Assembly: GCA_001724265.1 (NCBI GenBank)
Contig: MEDY01000150.1
Coordinates: 57,652 to 77,651 of the forward strand
DNA from: Rhizaria sp. SCN 62-66
Lineage: Eukaryota
Direction of reading: 5' to 3'
DNA length: 20,000 nt
The notes below the pieces were generated by a model, which saw nothing but the letters and a program-made list of their open reading frames with translations, did not search any database and had not been told where the DNA came from. This document shows, piece by piece, positions 17,580 to 20,000 of the stretch; position 1 is the stretch's first letter; the number at the start of each line of letters is the position of its first letter. Made by a program: the position numbers and the translations under genes.

Positions 17580-19394
17580 ATGGCAAGTTTGCGCTCAGAC
17601 CTTACTGACCAGGGTACGTCCCAAACCCCGACCTCTCTGACATCTCTATTCTTCTTCCTGACCCGTTCAACTATCTCCGCAACAGACCGTCGCTTGTTTC
17701 CCCGCTCACTCTTTTGCTGAATTTTCTTTCCTCGCCCCGTCACGTGCTATTTTGCCCTTCTGCCCCATTCAGACCTTGCCGCGGCCCAGGAGCAGGCCAT
17801 GGACGGCCAGTTCGAGGCCAAGGTCCTCTCCGCCGCGTCCAACCCGGCCTTCTGGGGCCCGCTCATCGCCCAGGGAGTGGTCGACGCCAAGCAGCGCGGC
17901 ATCCTCATTGACTGGCTCGTCGCCGCGCTTGAAGGCCACAACCAGACCGACTACCTCGAGGAGTCCGGCCCCCGCCTCGCCACCCTCATCGTCAACCTCC
18001 TCAAGTCCACCGCCTTCTCTTCCTCCCCCGACCAGGGCGACTTTAAGGCCTCCACCGTTGACGTCGCGCTCGCCGTGCTCTCCCTGCTCTTCCGTACGTC
18101 CTCTAACGTCGCCGACGACTCCCAGGTGCAGTCCCGCGCGGCCGTCTTCCGCACCATCGCGCTCACGGCCTGGGAGACCTCCTCCGCGCTGCCGGAGTTT
18201 CAGGCGCTCAACAAGCGCATCGCGGCTGAGTTCGACGCTGCTGCCGCGCGCTCCGCCGCCGCGCAAGCCGAACTTGAGATCACTGGCCACAAGGAGGAGG
18301 CCCAGCAGTTTGCGTCGTCGTCGTACGTCCGCCTCGAGCTCGCCGACCTCTCCACTCTCGGCCCGCTGCGCGACGACGACGTCTTCGGCGCTCTGCTCGA
18401 CATCCTCAACGCCGCCGACGCCGGCAAGCCCGCGTCGTCGGGGTACCAGCTGCGCAAGGCCGCGATGGCGCTGGCCACGATCACCGCGCGCGGCGTCCCC
18501 GGCACTCACCCCGTGTTCCGCCACGCGTTTCGCTACCTTCGCGCCGCCTCGCTCGCGCCGCAGACGCAGATCGTCGCCCTGCAGGCACTTAAGGCGCTGC
18601 TCAAGAACCGCGAGCTGCATGTGGCGTTTGAGGCCGAGCAGGTGACGTCTGCACTCGCCGCGATCCTCAAGAAGGACTCGAAGAACGCGCAGCCGCTCTA
18701 CCTGGCCGGCTTCTGCGTCTGGCTCCTCACCTTCAACCCCGCGATGGACTCGGTCGTGCACGCCAACGGCATCGTGGCCGCACTGACGGCGATCCTGCGC
18801 GTGGTGGTGCGCGAGAAGGTGGTGCGCATTTCGCTGGCGACGCTGGCGAACCTCATCGGCCGCGGTCACTTCACCGAGGAGATGGTCGGCGCCGACCTGC
18901 ACCGCCTCGCGCCGCAGCTCGCGCAGCGCAAGTGGAAGGACGAGGACATTGTCACCGACGTCAACGCGCTCGTCGAGGTGCTCACGCGCCGCATCAATGA
19001 GCTGTCGTCGTTCGAGCTTTACGCCGCCGAGCTCCAGGCCGGCGCGCTCCGCCGCTCGCCGGTGCACAACGAGAAGTTCTGGCGCTCCAACGCGCTCAAG
19101 TTTGAGGACAACAACTTTGTGCTGATCAAGTCGCTCATCGCGCAGCTCGACTCGGACCGTGAGGACTCGCTCGAGATGGCGTGCTATGACCTTGGCGAGT
19201 TCGCGCGCTTCCACCCCGACGGCAAGCGCGTCATCGCCAAGTTCGACGGCAAGACCAAGCTCATGGCGCTTATGACGCACCGTGACCCCGCGGTGGCCAA
19301 GGCCGCGCTGCTGGCCGTGCAGAAGGTGCTCGTGCTCAAGTGGGACCAGATGATCGGCGGCGCTTCGGGTGCCAAGGCCGTCGCCGCCAACTAA
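17580..19394 (+). CDS. ATP6V1H: V-type proton ATPase subunit H, 2 exons: 17580-17613 and 17773-19394, 551 aa
   Basis: REKVVRISLATLANL, KWKDEDI, LSSFELYAAELQAGALRRSPVHNEKFWRSNA, ACYDLGEFARFHPDGK and ALLAVQK are conserved subunit-H motifs. A short first exon MASLRSDLTDQ joins in phase 1 (G|AC). Confidence 0.95.
17614..17772 (+). other. Spliceosomal intron of ATP6V1H (159 nt, phase 1)
   Basis: CAGG|GTACGT ... CCCCATTCAG|AC, pyrimidine-rich; splicing keeps the frame into the 17799 ORF. Confidence 0.85.
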
Positions 19395-20000
19395 GTGACA
19401 AGCTTGCGGTCAGATCAGGTTCGATGTGGCAAAAAGCAATTAGAAATAGTCTAAAAAGAAAATGATAATTTGTTTCACAAAAGAAAATCTCAATCAATAA
19501 CGAAGAAAAAAAAATAATCAGTGTTAATATTAACATTCTTCCTGCCGAGAGGGTGCAAGGCTTTGACTCAGTCACCACACAAGTAAATAAACGTGTGGCG
19601 TTACATATTAATAGAAGAGATACATCTCCATCATCCAAAGCGGCTGTTCCACGTTTGTAATCTAGAAAGCGCGCAATATTTGTTTGGTTTTTTTTTTCAG
19701 ATTTGTCATGCCAGCAAATGCGTAAATCACAGTGTACTTAGGTACCTGCGCGGCGCCGTGGCGTCGGCCGCGTGATGTCGTGCGTGGAGGGCATTATGCC
19801 TGCGACGCACGACAGCGGGAACAAGCCGTTCGATGCGACGGTGGGAGCTCAATAAGATGTGCGTATTAGGACGGAAGTGCAAGTTAACCCCCGACGGTGA
19901 TGAGGAAAGGATGGTATGACGGTGAAGTACGACAAACTCATGCCCCAGGGAATGAGGGAGTGAAACACGAGCGGTATTCTTCTTGCTTGCCAGCCAAGCG

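Noticed and set aside
17769-19280. 503-aa antisense ORF, and the many other overlapping ORFs on PSMA1, ZCCHC8-like, NUP88 and MFSD1
   Set aside because: These are shadows of high-GC3 coding sequence, which rarely produces stops in other frames. None has a recognisable domain.
19896-20000. Perfect box C (GTGATGA) near the window end
   Set aside because: No box D (CTGA) occurs in the remaining roughly 95 nt, so it cannot be supported here.
1-20000. Alternative genetic code, CRISPR array, transposase or prokaryotic system
   Set aside because: Conserved proteins translate with the standard code and have no in-frame stops. The repeats are coding low-complexity tracts without spacers, and I recognised no mobile-element protein motifs.

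Overview
Gene-dense eukaryotic (protist-like) nuclear DNA with GC-rich coding regions, the standard genetic code and short pyrimidine-rich GT-AG introns. Five tandem minus-strand genes (MFSD1-like transporter, cut off by the window edge; proteasome alpha-6/PSMA1; mitochondrial IF1-like ATPase inhibitor; RPS7/eS7; ZCCHC8-like Zn-knuckle protein) diverge across a 339-bp switch region from two plus-strand genes (an Ala-expanded 2185-aa NUP88/Nup82-like nucleoporin; V-ATPase subunit H). Most notable: (1) all seven genes have a 3'-splice-site-like signal just upstream of the ATG without the GTACG donor used by all four internal introns, suggesting spliced-leader trans-splicing or universal 5'UTR introns; (2) RPS7 lacks about 22 conserved codons and changes frame exactly at a GATC, which is hidden in the ORF track by intron read-through; (3) a roughly 400-nt plus-strand structured RNA candidate lies between NUP88 and ATP6V1H; (4) a box C/D snoRNA candidate lies upstream of RPS7. 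All family calls come from recognising motifs by eye. No search or folding program was run.
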